From: Flavobacterium sp.
GTDB taxonomy: Bacteria > Bacteroidota > Bacteroidia > Flavobacteriales > Flavobacteriaceae
Direction of reading: 5' to 3'
DNA: 64,000 nt
Assembly: GCA_029866065.1 (NCBI GenBank)
Contig: JARXAC010000026.1
Coordinates: 7,250-71,249, forward strand
Position numbers and translations under genes: made by a program. A model generated the notes under the pieces. That model was not told the origin of the DNA and searched no databases. It worked only from the letters and a program-made list of their open reading frames with translations. Positions 50,840 to 59,838 of the stretch are shown here, one piece after another. How positions within the stretch are numbered: the stretch's first letter is position 1; each line of letters starts with the position of its first letter.

Positions 50840-52144
50840 ATGGCAAAGTTTGAATTGAAATTACCAAAAATGGGAGAAAGCGTTGCAGAAGCGACGATTA
50901 CCAATTGGTTAAAGAAAGTTGGAGATAAAATAGAAATCGATGAAGCGGTATTAGAAATTGCTACCGACAAAGTAGATAGTGAAATACCTTCAGAAATTTC
51001 TGGTGTTTTATCTGAAATTATTTTTAATGTAGATGATATTGTAAAAGTTGGGCAAACCATCGCCATTATTGAAACTGAAAGCCCCCCAAACCCCGAAGGG
51101 GGAGCTCAAAGCGAGATAAACTTAAATATTTCTGAATCGGTAAAAAGCATTGAAAGCAGCATTGCAAAATCTATTGATATTGTTTCTACACCCTCTTCGG
51201 GTGCTGGTGGGCTTTCCGACAAATTCTTTTCGCCATTAGTAAAAAATATTGCCAAACAAGAAGGAATTTCATTAGTAGAATTAGAAGCTATAAATGGTTC
51301 TGGTAAGGAAGGACGTGTGAACAAAGAGGATATTTTAAAATTCGTTGAAAGCCGTAAATCTAATATTGCTGCTCCAGTTTCCATTCCAACAACGAGTTCC
51401 CCTCAAACAAAAGCTGTTCCAGTTTCTTTGAATGGTGGAGATGAAATTGTGGAAATGGACAGAATGCGCAAGCTGATTTCAGGATATATGATGGCTTCAA
51501 TCAATACTTCTGCTCACGTGCAGTCGTTTATTGAGGTGGATGTAACCAATATATGGAAATGGCGTGAAAAAAATAAAAATGCTTTCGAAAAGAAAGAAGG
51601 AGAGAAGTTGACTTTTACTCCAATTTTTATGGAAGCGGTTGCCAAAGCGTTAAGAGATTTTCCAGGAATGAATATTTCTGTGGATGGCGATTATATTATT
51701 AAAAAGAAAAACATCAACCTTGGAATGGCAGCATCTTTGCCAAATGGAAACTTGATTGTACCAGTTATAAAAAATGCCGACCAGTTGAATTTAGTGGGTA
51801 TGGCAAAAGCTGTTAACGATTTAGGAAACCGCGCGAAAGAAGGTAAGTTAAAGCCAGACGATACGCAAGGTGGAACCTATACAGTTACCAATGTAGGAAC
51901 CTTTGGAAGTGTTTTTGGAACTCCAATTATTAATCAGCCGCAGGTAGGAATTTTAGCATTGGGCGCTATTCGAAAAGTACCGGCTGTTATCGAAACCCCA
52001 GAAGGAGATTTCATCGGAATTCGCAACAAAATGTTTTTATCTCATAGTTACGATCACCGAGTGGTTGACGGAGCGCTTGGTGGAAGTTTTGTGAAACGTG
52101 TTGCCGATTATCTTGAAGCATTTGACATTAATAGAGAATTTTAA
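50840..52144 (+). CDS. 2-oxoacid dehydrogenase E2 (dihydrolipoamide acyltransferase, branched-chain-like)
   Basis: Lipoyl motif ATDKVDSE, E3-binding FSPLVKNIA..GSGKEGRV, catalytic SYDHRVVDG. Confidence 0.95.
   Translation: MAKFELKLPKMGESVAEATITNWLKKVGDKIEIDEAVLEIATDKVDSEIPSEISGVLSEIIFNVDDIVKVGQTIAIIETESPPNPEGGAQSEINLNISESVKSIESSIAKSIDIVSTPSSGAGGLSDKFFSPLVKNIAKQEGISLVELEAINGSGKEGRVNKEDILKFVESRKSNIAAPVSIPTTSSPQTKAVPVSLNGGDEIVEMDRMRKLISGYMMASINTSAHVQSFIEVDVTNIWKWREKNKNAFEKKEGEKLTFTPIFMEAVAKALRDFPGMNISVDGDYIIKKKNINLGMAASLPNGNLIVPVIKNADQLNLVGMAKAVNDLGNRAKEGKLKPDDTQGGTYTVTNVGTFGSVFGTPIINQPQVGILALGAIRKVPAVIETPEGDFIGIRNKMFLSHSYDHRVVDGALGGSFVKRVADYLEAFDINREF
51080..51106 (+). repeat. GC-rich REP-like arm inside the E2 coding sequence (left arm)
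   Basis: AGCCCCCCAAACCCCGAAGGGGGAGCT, translated as SPPNPEGGA; near-perfect reverse complement of 53067-53092. Confidence 0.9.
51189..51213 (-). repeat. Degenerate REP-like arm inside the E2 coding sequence (right arm)
   Basis: CACCCTCTTCGGGTGCTGGTGGGCT, 19/25 match to the reverse complement of the left arm; encodes TPSSGAGGL. Confidence 0.7.
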
Positions 52145-52172
52145 TTATTCTTTAAATAAATAATATTTTTTG

Positions 52173-52210
52173 AAACCCATTTGTTCATTCAGATGGGTTT
52201 TATTTTTTTT
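52173..52210 (+). terminator. E2 terminator
   Basis: AAACCCATTTG...CAGATGGGTTT followed by a T-rich tract. Confidence 0.8.
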
Positions 52211-52256
52211 ATATTGCATTATAAAAGTATATTTGTTTTTTTTAAAACAATAAAAT

Positions 52257-53027
52257 ATGGAATTAAATTTAACCCGACCGATTTGCTTTTTTGATCTTGA
52301 AACTACTGGTATTGATGTGGCAAAAGATAGAATTGTAGAAATTGCGGTTTTTAAGGTTTTTCCTAATGGGAATAAGGAAAGCAAGACGTGGTTAGTTAAT
52401 CCGACAATACCAATTCCGCCACAATCGACAGCGGTTCATGGAATTTCAAATGAAAAAGTGGCCAATGAACCTACTTTTAAAGAATTGGCTTCAGTTATTT
52501 ACAACATGATTAAGGACAGTGATTTAGCGGGTTACAATTCCGATCGATTTGACATTCCGTTATTAGCAGAAGAATTGTTGCGTGCTGGCGTTGATTTTGA
52601 TATGAAAGGACGCGTTTCGGTAGATGTTCAAACGGTTTTTCATAAAAAGGAAGAACGAACTTTGACTGCGGCTTTGAAATTTTATTGCGGTGAAGATTTG
52701 ATAAATGCCCATTCAGCTGAAGCCGATTCGATGGCGACTTACGAAATTTTGAAAGCCCAGTTGGATCGTTATTCCGATTTGGAAAACGACATGAAAGCCT
52801 TGTCAGAGTTTACCACACGAAAAAAGAATGCTGATTTTGCTGGAATGATTGCTTTTGATGATGATGGCGATGAGGTTTTTAACTTTGGAAAACACAAAGG
52901 AGTTAAAGTTAATGCAGTTTTGGAAGCAGAACCCGGCTATTACAGTTGGATTCAAAATGCGGATTTTCCGTTGTATACCAAAAAAATTCTGACAGCAATT
53001 AAGTTGAGAAAATTGAATACGAAATAA
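52257..53027 (+). CDS. DnaQ-like (DEDDh) 3'-5' exonuclease
   Basis: FDLETTG, GYNSDRFD, HSAEAD and C-terminal FNFGKHKG domain. Confidence 0.92.
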   Translation: MELNLTRPICFFDLETTGIDVAKDRIVEIAVFKVFPNGNKESKTWLVNPTIPIPPQSTAVHGISNEKVANEPTFKELASVIYNMIKDSDLAGYNSDRFDIPLLAEELLRAGVDFDMKGRVSVDVQTVFHKKEERTLTAALKFYCGEDLINAHSAEADSMATYEILKAQLDRYSDLENDMKALSEFTTRKKNADFAGMIAFDDDGDEVFNFGKHKGVKVNAVLEAEPGYYSWIQNADFPLYTKKILTAIKLRKLNTK

Positions 53028-53092
53028 AGCCCCCTAAACCCCGAAAGGGGAACGAGCATTATAGTGAGCTCCCCCTTCGGGGATGGGGGGCT
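53028..53092. repeat. Intergenic REP-like doublet (family D)
   Basis: AGCCCCCTAAACCCCGAAAGGGGAA, short spacer, AGCTCCCCCTTCGGGGATGGGGGGCT (inverted pair). Confidence 0.92.
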
Positions 53093-53099
53093 GATAAAA

Positions 53100-53711
53100 A
53101 TGAAAATAATTTGTATCGGTAGAAATTATACCAAGCACATTGAAGAATTACATAATGAAAGGCCTGATGAACCAGTGGTTTTTATGAAGCCTGATTCGGC
53201 AGTTTTGTTGAAGCAACATCCGTTTGTGATACCGGAATTTTCGGAGGATATTCATCATGAATTGGAGGTTATTGTGAAAATTAATAAAGTGGGAAAATAC
53301 ATTGAACCTAAATTTGCGCATAAATATTATGATGAAATTGGGGTTGGAATTGATTTTACCGCAAGAGATTTGCAGCAAAAATTGAAAGACAAAGGACTTC
53401 CGTGGGAAAAAGCTAAGGCATTTGATGGCTCGGCGGTAATTGGAGATTTTGTTTCAAAAAGTGATTTTAAATCGTTAGATAATCTTAATTTTGAACTCAC
53501 GAATAACGGAGTTACGGTTCAAAAAGGGAATACGAGTTATATGTTGTGGAAAATAGACGAATTAATCGCTTATGTTTCGCAATTTTTCACTCTTAAAATA
53601 GGAGATATAATTTTTACTGGGACACCTGAAGGTGTTGCTGTTGTTCATCCAGAGGATGTTTTAGAAGGATTTTTAGAAGGAAATAAATTGTTTAGAATTC
53701 AAGTAAAATAA
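53100..53711 (+). CDS. Fumarylacetoacetate hydrolase family protein (start revised from 53064)
   Basis: MKIICIGRNY..H, FMKP, HHELE, DFTARD, KAFDG and GDIIFTGTP. Confidence 0.93.
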   Translation: MKIICIGRNYTKHIEELHNERPDEPVVFMKPDSAVLLKQHPFVIPEFSEDIHHELEVIVKINKVGKYIEPKFAHKYYDEIGVGIDFTARDLQQKLKDKGLPWEKAKAFDGSAVIGDFVSKSDFKSLDNLNFELTNNGVTVQKGNTSYMLWKIDELIAYVSQFFTLKIGDIIFTGTPEGVAVVHPEDVLEGFLEGNKLFRIQVK

Positions 53712-54070
53712 TGGCACTACATTACAATTTAGCAAAAGTTTATGCGATTTCAGATAATGATCCTGATTTTGTTCATCAAGTAGTGAAGGAATTTGTTCAA
53801 GACACCCCGAGAGATCTAGATCATATTAGGTTAGCCATTGAGGAAAAAAATCATCATAAATGTTTTGAATATGCACATAAAATAAAGCCTTCATTGGATT
53901 TATTGAGTATGAATATTGCCTTGGAAGAGGTTATATTAATAGAACTTTGGGCCAAATCATTGGGTAAAAAGAAGGAAGTTGTTGAACTTTATAGAAGTAT
54001 TTCTAGTCATATTGAAAAAGCCATTAAAGAAATCAAGAAAGATTTTAACCTAAATAGCGTTAAAATTTAA
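53711..54070 (+). CDS. Stand-alone Hpt domain protein
   Basis: Helical protein with AHKIKPS phospho-His motif. Confidence 0.85.
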   Translation: MALHYNLAKVYAISDNDPDFVHQVVKEFVQDTPRDLDHIRLAIEEKNHHKCFEYAHKIKPSLDLLSMNIALEEVILIELWAKSLGKKKEVVELYRSISSHIEKAIKEIKKDFNLNSVKI

Positions 54071-54095
54071 ACCAAATTAAATATCAATTTCATTT

Positions 54096-55349
54096 ATGAA
54101 AGCAGTAATAATCACCATTGGAGACGAAATTCTAATTGGTCAAATAGTGGACACCAATTCTGGTTTTATTGCTAAATCATTGGATAAAATTGGGATTGAT
54201 ATTCACGAAATAATTTCGATTAGCGATAATAAAAAGCACATTTTAGAAACGTTTGCAAAGCTCCAAAACCAAGTCGATTTGGTTTTAATTACAGGTGGAC
54301 TTGGGCCTACAAAAGATGATATTACCAAACATGCTTTTTGTGAGTATTTCGAAGATCAATTAGTTAGAAACGAAGAAGTTGAAAAACACGTAATAGATTT
54401 GATTGAAAAGGCCATGAATCGTCCCGCTTCGCAAATGAATAAAGACCAAGCGTTAGTTCCTTCAAAATGTACTGTACTTCATAATGCCGTGGGAACTGCA
54501 CCAGGTATGTGGATGAAAAAAGAAAATACTGTTTATATTTCACTGCCGGGTGTTCCCTATGAAATGAAATATATTTTGGAAAATTGGATTATTCCAAAAA
54601 TTGTTAAAGAATACAAGCGTCCCTATATCATTCACAAAACAATTCTAACTTACGGTCAGGGTGAGAGTTTGGTTGCGGAACGAATTGAAGATTGGGAAAA
54701 TAACTTACCTGAATTTATAAAATTGGCTTATTTGCCAAGTCCTGGTAGAGTGAGATTGCGACTTTCAGCCAGAGGAATTGACAAAGAATTATTAGAACAA
54801 AAAATCAATGAAAATGTACTTTTATTAACCCAATTGATAGGTGATATTATAGTAGGTTATGAAGAAGATGAAACTATCGAGGTAATGCTGGGGAGATTGT
54901 TAACGAGCAAAAATGCTACCTTGGCTACTGCGGAAAGTTGTACCGGAGGAAAGATTGCTCAGGTGATTTCTTCTGTTCCTGGTGCGTCAAATTATTTTAA
55001 GGGAAGTGTAGTGAGTTATGCGACTGAAACTAAAATATCGGTGCTGGGAATTTCTTCAGAATTAATAAAAGAGCATTCCGTGGTGAGTTATGAAGTTGCT
55101 AAAGAAATGGCTTTGGCAGTTAAAAAAATAATGAATACCGATTATGCGATTGCCACTACGGGCAACGCTGGTCCTTCAAAAGGAGATGAAAATTCGGAAA
55201 TCGGGACTGTTTTTATAGCAATTGCGACTCCAAATAACCTAGTTGTTGAAGAATTTAACTTTGGTCAACCCCGTGTAAAAGTGATAGATAGAGCTGTAAA
55301 TAAGGCTTTTGAAATGCTTCATAAAGAAATTTTAAAAAATCTACTTTAA
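54096..55349 (+). CDS. cinA: CinA-type NMN deamidase-related protein (COG1058 + PncC fusion)
   Basis: [29 protein letters not shown] and TAESCTGG. Confidence 0.92.
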   Translation: MKAVIITIGDEILIGQIVDTNSGFIAKSLDKIGIDIHEIISISDNKKHILETFAKLQNQVDLVLITGGLGPTKDDITKHAFCEYFEDQLVRNEEVEKHVIDLIEKAMNRPASQMNKDQALVPSKCTVLHNAVGTAPGMWMKKENTVYISLPGVPYEMKYILENWIIPKIVKEYKRPYIIHKTILTYGQGESLVAERIEDWENNLPEFIKLAYLPSPGRVRLRLSARGIDKELLEQKINENVLLLTQLIGDIIVGYEEDETIEVMLGRLLTSKNATLATAESCTGGKIAQVISSVPGASNYFKGSVVSYATETKISVLGISSELIKEHSVVSYEVAKEMALAVKKIMNTDYAIATTGNAGPSKGDENSEIGTVFIAIATPNNLVVEEFNFGQPRVKVIDRAVNKAFEMLHKEILKNLL

Positions 55350-55421
55350 TAATTTTGTATAATAGGTTTATTTTTTGTTTCTTTGCACCCTGATTTTGAA
55401 TAACGATAAAAGATAAGCATA

Positions 55422-55658
55422 ATGTCAAGAGTTTGTGACCTTACTGGTAAAAAAGCAATGGTAGGAAATAATGTTTCCCACGCCATGAATAAAACTAAAA
55501 GAAAGTTTTCTGTAAACTTACTAAAAAAACGTTTTTATCTTCCTGAAGAAGACAGATGGATTACTCTTAGAGTAGCCGCATCTACAATAAAAACGATCAA
55601 CAAAAATGGAATCGCTGCAGTTTTGAAAAAAGCACAGTCAGAAGGATTTATTAAATAA
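55422..55658 (+). CDS. rpmB: 50S ribosomal protein bL28
   Basis: [25 protein letters not shown]. Confidence 0.97.
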   Translation: MSRVCDLTGKKAMVGNNVSHAMNKTKRKFSVNLLKKRFYLPEEDRWITLRVAASTIKTINKNGIAAVLKKAQSEGFIK

Positions 55659-55691
55659 TCCTCCCGCTTACGGGAAGAATAATCATACAAA

Positions 55692-55874
55692 ATGGCAAAA
55701 AAAGGAAATAGAATTCAGGTAATTTTAGAATGTACTGAGCACAAAACTTCAGGTGTTTCAGGAACATCTAGATACATAACAACTAAGAACAAAAAAAATA
55801 CTCCAGATAGATTAGAAATTAAAAAATTCAATCCAATCTTGAAACGTGTAACTGTTCACAAAGAAATTAAATAA
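55692..55874 (+). CDS. rpmG: 50S ribosomal protein bL33
   Basis: [22 protein letters not shown]. Confidence 0.97.
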   Translation: MAKKGNRIQVILECTEHKTSGVSGTSRYITTKNKKNTPDRLEIKKFNPILKRVTVHKEIK

Positions 55875-55929
55875 TAAGTATTTTAATTAAAAAATTTATT
55901 TAAAATACTCAAATAAAACAATATAAGTC

Positions 55930-56082
55930 ATGGCAAAGAAAACCGTAGCAACATTACAGACCGCTTCTAAAAGATTATCAAAAGCGATCAAAATGGTAAA
56001 ATCTCCTAAAACTGGAGCATATACTTTCGTAGAATCTATTATGACTCCTGAATTAGTAGACGAATTCTTGAAAAATAAATAA
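55930..56082 (+). CDS. DUF4295 protein (Bacteroidota ribosomal protein bL38), not in the ORF track
   Basis: MAKKTVATLQTASKRLSKAIKMVKSPKTGAYTFVESIMTPELVDEFLKNK*, 50 aa, third gene after rpmB-rpmG. Confidence 0.92.
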   Translation: MAKKTVATLQTASKRLSKAIKMVKSPKTGAYTFVESIMTPELVDEFLKNK

Positions 56083-56103
56083 TTTTTCAACAGCATTATA
56101 TAG

Positions 56104-56135
56104 AAAAGCTACTTTCATTCGGAAGTAGCTTTTTT
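56104..56135 (+). terminator. Terminator of the rpmB-rpmG-DUF4295 operon
   Basis: AAAAGCTACTTTC-ATTC-GGAAGTAGCTTTTTT. Confidence 0.88.
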
Positions 56136-56209
56136 ATTTTTTATATTTACCAGATAATTTTTTGGTTTTAAAATCACCCCCGAATTATCGGGCGATAAAA
56201 TATATAATA

Positions 56210-57190
56210 ATGAGTTTTTTTAAAAAATTATTCTCTTCTGAAAAAAAGGAAACTAGTCTACCTGAAGAAGTAAAAGAATCGTTGGATAAAGGATTGGAAA
56301 AATCCAAGACCACTTTTTTTTCTAAGCTTACCAAAGCAGTTGCAGGAAAGACTAAAGTAGATACCGATGTTTTAGATAATTTAGAAGAAATTCTAATATC
56401 TTCAGATGTTGGGGTGAATACTACGCTTAAAATTATTGAGCGCATTGAAAACTACGTTTCTGAAAATAAATATTTAGGAACAGACGAACTTAACGAAATT
56501 CTTAGAAATGAAATTGCAAGCCTTTTATCAGAAACTAATTCTGGTGAAGGAACTCAATTTGAAATTCCAACCACCACAAAACCTTATGTGTTAATGGTAG
56601 TGGGAGTAAACGGAGTTGGAAAAACGACTACTATTGGGAAATTAGCGTATCAGTTTAAAAAACAAGGTTTTAATGTAGTTTTGGGTGCTGCTGATACTTT
56701 TAGAGCGGCTGCCATCGATCAATTACAAGTTTGGGCGGATAGAGTAGGAGTGCCATTGGTAAAGCAACAAATGGGAAGCGATCCTGCTTCGGTAGCATTT
56801 GATACTTTACAATCGGCTGTTTCTCAAAATGCCGATATTGTGATTATTGATACTGCCGGACGTTTACATAACAAAGTGAATTTAATGGCCGAATTAACTA
56901 AGGTAAAACGAGTAATGCAAAAGGTGGTTGGCGATGCGCCACACGATGTAATGCTAGTTTTAGATGGTTCAACGGGTCAAAATGCGTTTGAACAAGCCAA
57001 GCAATTTACTGCTGCAACAGAAGTTACTTCCCTAGCGGTTACCAAATTAGATGGAACTGCCAAAGGCGGTGTGGTAATTGGAATATCCGATCAGTTTCAA
57101 ATACCGGTAAAATATATTGGAGTAGGCGAAGGAATTGAAGACTTACAAGTTTTCAATAAATACGAATTTGTGGATAGTTTCTTTAAATAA
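56210..57190 (+). CDS. ftsY: SRP receptor FtsY (start revised from 56162)
   Basis: MSFFKKLF, GVNGVGKTTT, DTFRAAA, DTAGR and TKLDGTAKGG. Confidence 0.97.
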   Translation: MSFFKKLFSSEKKETSLPEEVKESLDKGLEKSKTTFFSKLTKAVAGKTKVDTDVLDNLEEILISSDVGVNTTLKIIERIENYVSENKYLGTDELNEILRNEIASLLSETNSGEGTQFEIPTTTKPYVLMVVGVNGVGKTTTIGKLAYQFKKQGFNVVLGAADTFRAAAIDQLQVWADRVGVPLVKQQMGSDPASVAFDTLQSAVSQNADIVIIDTAGRLHNKVNLMAELTKVKRVMQKVVGDAPHDVMLVLDGSTGQNAFEQAKQFTAATEVTSLAVTKLDGTAKGGVVIGISDQFQIPVKYIGVGEGIEDLQVFNKYEFVDSFFK

Positions 57191-57374
57191 TTAGCTGATG
57201 AATTTTCCCTCAATAAAAAAAATACCACCTATTTATTTGTACTTAATAAGTTTTTTATTATTTGTAATTTCCAATTTAATTAAAGAAAAAAGTCCGATTT
57301 TCTATGGAATATTATTTCCTATTGGATCAATTTTCTTCCTTTTAGGACTTTACAATCGTATTTCCAATAAATAA

Positions 57375-58466
57375 TTATTGGTATAGTGCATTGATTTTCT
57401 GCCAAAGGACTTCATCAAATGTTGAAAGTGCTAAATTTGCAGAATCTGCCGCATCTCCCATTCGGATCACTACCATTTTTTTACTCGGAATAACGTAAAT
57501 TTTCTGGTCGTCTTTCCCTAAGGCCATATACATGTCGTTTGCTCCTGATGCAATTAGGCTTCCATTAAATTGCAATTGAGTTTGAGGTAAGCGGTAACTC
57601 GTTTTTCCATTAATCCACCACAAATAGCCATAAGCTAAATTAATATTCTGTGAAGTGGTTGTAGCTTGACTTAAAAAAGCCGAATTAATAACTTGAGTTC
57701 CATTCCAATTGCCATTGTTTAATGCCAATAATCCAAATCTAGCCATACTTCTAGTGTTGCTAAAATAAATTTTCAACCCTAAATTAGCTCCCGTTCCAGT
57801 ATACCAAAATCCAGTATTACTCATCCCAATTTTATCTCTAAGTTTGGTATTAAAATAAGTATTCCAGGTTTGTCCTGTGGCTTGTTCCACCACATCTTGA
57901 AGTTTTACATAAACATTATGATACGCCCATCTAGTTCCTGCATCGGCAACATATAGAAGATTACTTGGAGCAACATCATCACCTAAAGTGTCGTCTAATC
58001 CGGAATTCATCTTTAATAAATTTTTGCAGGTAATTAGGTTTTCTTTTACTAAAGGGGCACTTGTCCAACCGTTCCCTAAATAGTCAGAAACTTTATTATT
58101 GGTATTAATAAAACCTTCCTGTTCGGCAATTCCTGTTACAGTTGAAGTTAACGTTTTTCCTGCACTATTCCATTTCCAAAGGGAAGTAGCAGTATGACCG
58201 TTAAAGTAATTTTCCATTACAATTCTACCATTTACAAGGATCATAAATGATTTAGTATTCTTTAATAATAAGTAATCTTGTAAGGGCTGTACCGCATTTT
58301 GATTCCACCCTAAAGAAGAAATAGATTGCGTTTCCCAAGAGTCAGAACCAGTTGTGGGTGGAAAATACATGTTATTGTAATTGGTGTCAGAACCACTATT
58401 GTTGTTGTCTGAACAATTGGTAAATACTATGATTAGCAGTAATATAAAAATTGATTTTTTTATCAT
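57375..58466 (-). CDS. Serine hydrolase (beta-lactamase class C / PBP-like fold), probable lipoprotein
   Basis: Lipobox-like FTN-C, SxxK = SAGK, YxN = YHN, YGYLWW. Confidence 0.88.
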   Translation of the reverse strand: MIKKSIFILLLIIVFTNCSDNNNSGSDTNYNNMYFPPTTGSDSWETQSISSLGWNQNAVQPLQDYLLLKNTKSFMILVNGRIVMENYFNGHTATSLWKWNSAGKTLTSTVTGIAEQEGFINTNNKVSDYLGNGWTSAPLVKENLITCKNLLKMNSGLDDTLGDDVAPSNLLYVADAGTRWAYHNVYVKLQDVVEQATGQTWNTYFNTKLRDKIGMSNTGFWYTGTGANLGLKIYFSNTRSMARFGLLALNNGNWNGTQVINSAFLSQATTTSQNINLAYGYLWWINGKTSYRLPQTQLQFNGSLIASGANDMYMALGKDDQKIYVIPSKKMVVIRMGDAADSANLALSTFDEVLWQKINALYQ

Positions 58467-58579
58467 AATTCTATCCTTTGTTGTTACAAATATAAAAAAG
58501 TTTAGATGAAGTTGGATATTTAAAAATAAATTAGAGTTTAAAAGCTATAAAAAAGTAAATTTGTATAAATTACAATAAA

Positions 58580-59017
58580 ATGAAAAAAATAATATCAATT
58601 GCTTTTTTAATACTAATTTCAGCTTGTCAACAAAAAGTGACATCCAAAGATATTGCTAATTTAAATGGCTATTGGGAAATTGAAAAGGTAGTTTTTTCTG
58701 ATGGTTCAAAAAAAGAATACACCTACAATGAAGCTTACGATTACTTTCAAATAAAAGAAAATTCGGGGTTTAGAAAGAAAGTAATACCTCAATTGGATGG
58801 TCGTTTTTTAGTTAATAACCAATTAGAAAAAATAAAAATTACTTTTGAAAATGAAGAGTCCTATATCAATTACAGTACACCATTTGCAAAATGGAAAGAA
58901 AAAATTGAATCCATTTCTAAAGATAAGTTAATTGTTATAAACGCATCAAAAGCAGCCTATCATTACAAAAAATCAGCACCAATAAATATTTTAGGAGATG
59001 GCAAAACGACTAAATAA
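58580..59017 (+). CDS. Lipocalin-like lipoprotein
   Basis: Lipobox ISA-C and LNGYWEIEKV. Confidence 0.75.
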   Translation: MKKIISIAFLILISACQQKVTSKDIANLNGYWEIEKVVFSDGSKKEYTYNEAYDYFQIKENSGFRKKVIPQLDGRFLVNNQLEKIKITFENEESYINYSTPFAKWKEKIESISKDKLIVINASKAAYHYKKSAPINILGDGKTTK

Positions 59018-59294
59018 CGAAAGTTCAATTGGGGATGTTTTAAAAGAAATCATACAGAACAATAAACTACAACCTGGAATTGATCAAATTTCTGTAAAAG
59101 AAGCGTGGGTTTCATTAATGGGAAATGGAGTCAATAGTTATACTAAAAATGTAACTTTAAAAGGGGAAACCTTGTATGTTGAATTGTCTTCTTCAGTTTT
59201 GAGAGAAGAATTGAGTCATGGAAAATCTAAAATTATAACCATGATAAATGAAGAATTGAAAAGAGAAATAGTAAAAAATATAATTCTAAGATAA
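58998..59294 (+). CDS. dciA: DUF721 / DciA family protein
   Basis: W..LMG, LYVELSSSVLREEL and INEEL; 20-bp overlap with the upstream gene. Confidence 0.85.
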   Translation: MAKRLNNESSIGDVLKEIIQNNKLQPGIDQISVKEAWVSLMGNGVNSYTKNVTLKGETLYVELSSSVLREELSHGKSKIITMINEELKREIVKNIILR

Positions 59295-59307
59295 TTAACT
59301 TTAGAGT

Positions 59308-59341
59308 AAAAAAAAATCCCGTTTCATTGAAACGGGATTTT
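59308..59341. terminator. Bidirectional terminator (DUF721 / ndk)
   Basis: AAAAAAAAATCCCGTTTC-ATT-GAAACGGGATTTT. Confidence 0.9.
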
Positions 59342-59360
59342 ATATTTTATAAGAATTCGA

Positions 59361-59780
59361 TTAGAATTGCTCTCTTCCAGAAAAGTGGAATGCACTTTCT
59401 ATAGCAGCATTTTCGTCGCTATCAGAACCGTGAACTGCATTTTCACCAATAGAAGTAGCATACGCTTTTCTGATGGTACCTTCAGCAGCATCCGCAGGAT
59501 TGGTAGCGCCAATTAACACTCTAAAATCTTCAACTGCGTTTTCTTTTTCTAATATTGCAGCAACAATTGGTCCTCTTGACATAAATTCTACTAATTCGCC
59601 GTAGAAAGGTCTTGCAGCGTGAACAGCATAAAATGCTTGAGCATCAGCTACAGTTAATTGAGTTAATTTCAAAGAAACAATTTTAAAACCTCCGTTGGTA
59701 ATCATTGCTAAAATGTTCCCGATGTGTCCGTTGGCAACAGCATCTGGTTTAATCATTGTAAATGTTCTATTTGTAGCCAT
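59361..59780 (-). CDS. ndk: Nucleoside diphosphate kinase
   Basis: [18 protein letters not shown] and NAVHGSDS. Confidence 0.97.
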   Translation of the reverse strand: MATNRTFTMIKPDAVANGHIGNILAMITNGGFKIVSLKLTQLTVADAQAFYAVHAARPFYGELVEFMSRGPIVAAILEKENAVEDFRVLIGATNPADAAEGTIRKAYATSIGENAVHGSDSDENAAIESAFHFSGREQF

Positions 59781-59838
59781 TTTTTTATATTTTTTTGCAA
59801 AAATAGTATATTTTAAACGAATTCCAATTATTTTCTGT

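Noticed and set aside
53064-53099. N-terminal extension MSSPFGDGGLIK of the FAH protein
   Set aside because: Arises from a GTG inside the REP arm; the family start MKIICIG at 53100 has the expected A-rich context.
55896-56096. Minus-strand 66-aa ORF
   Set aside because: Shadow of the DUF4295/bL38 gene on the plus strand.
57191-57374. Possible gene remnant between ftsY and the serine hydrolase
   Set aside because: All minus-strand frames hit stops within about 13 codons of the ftsY end; no convincing homology.
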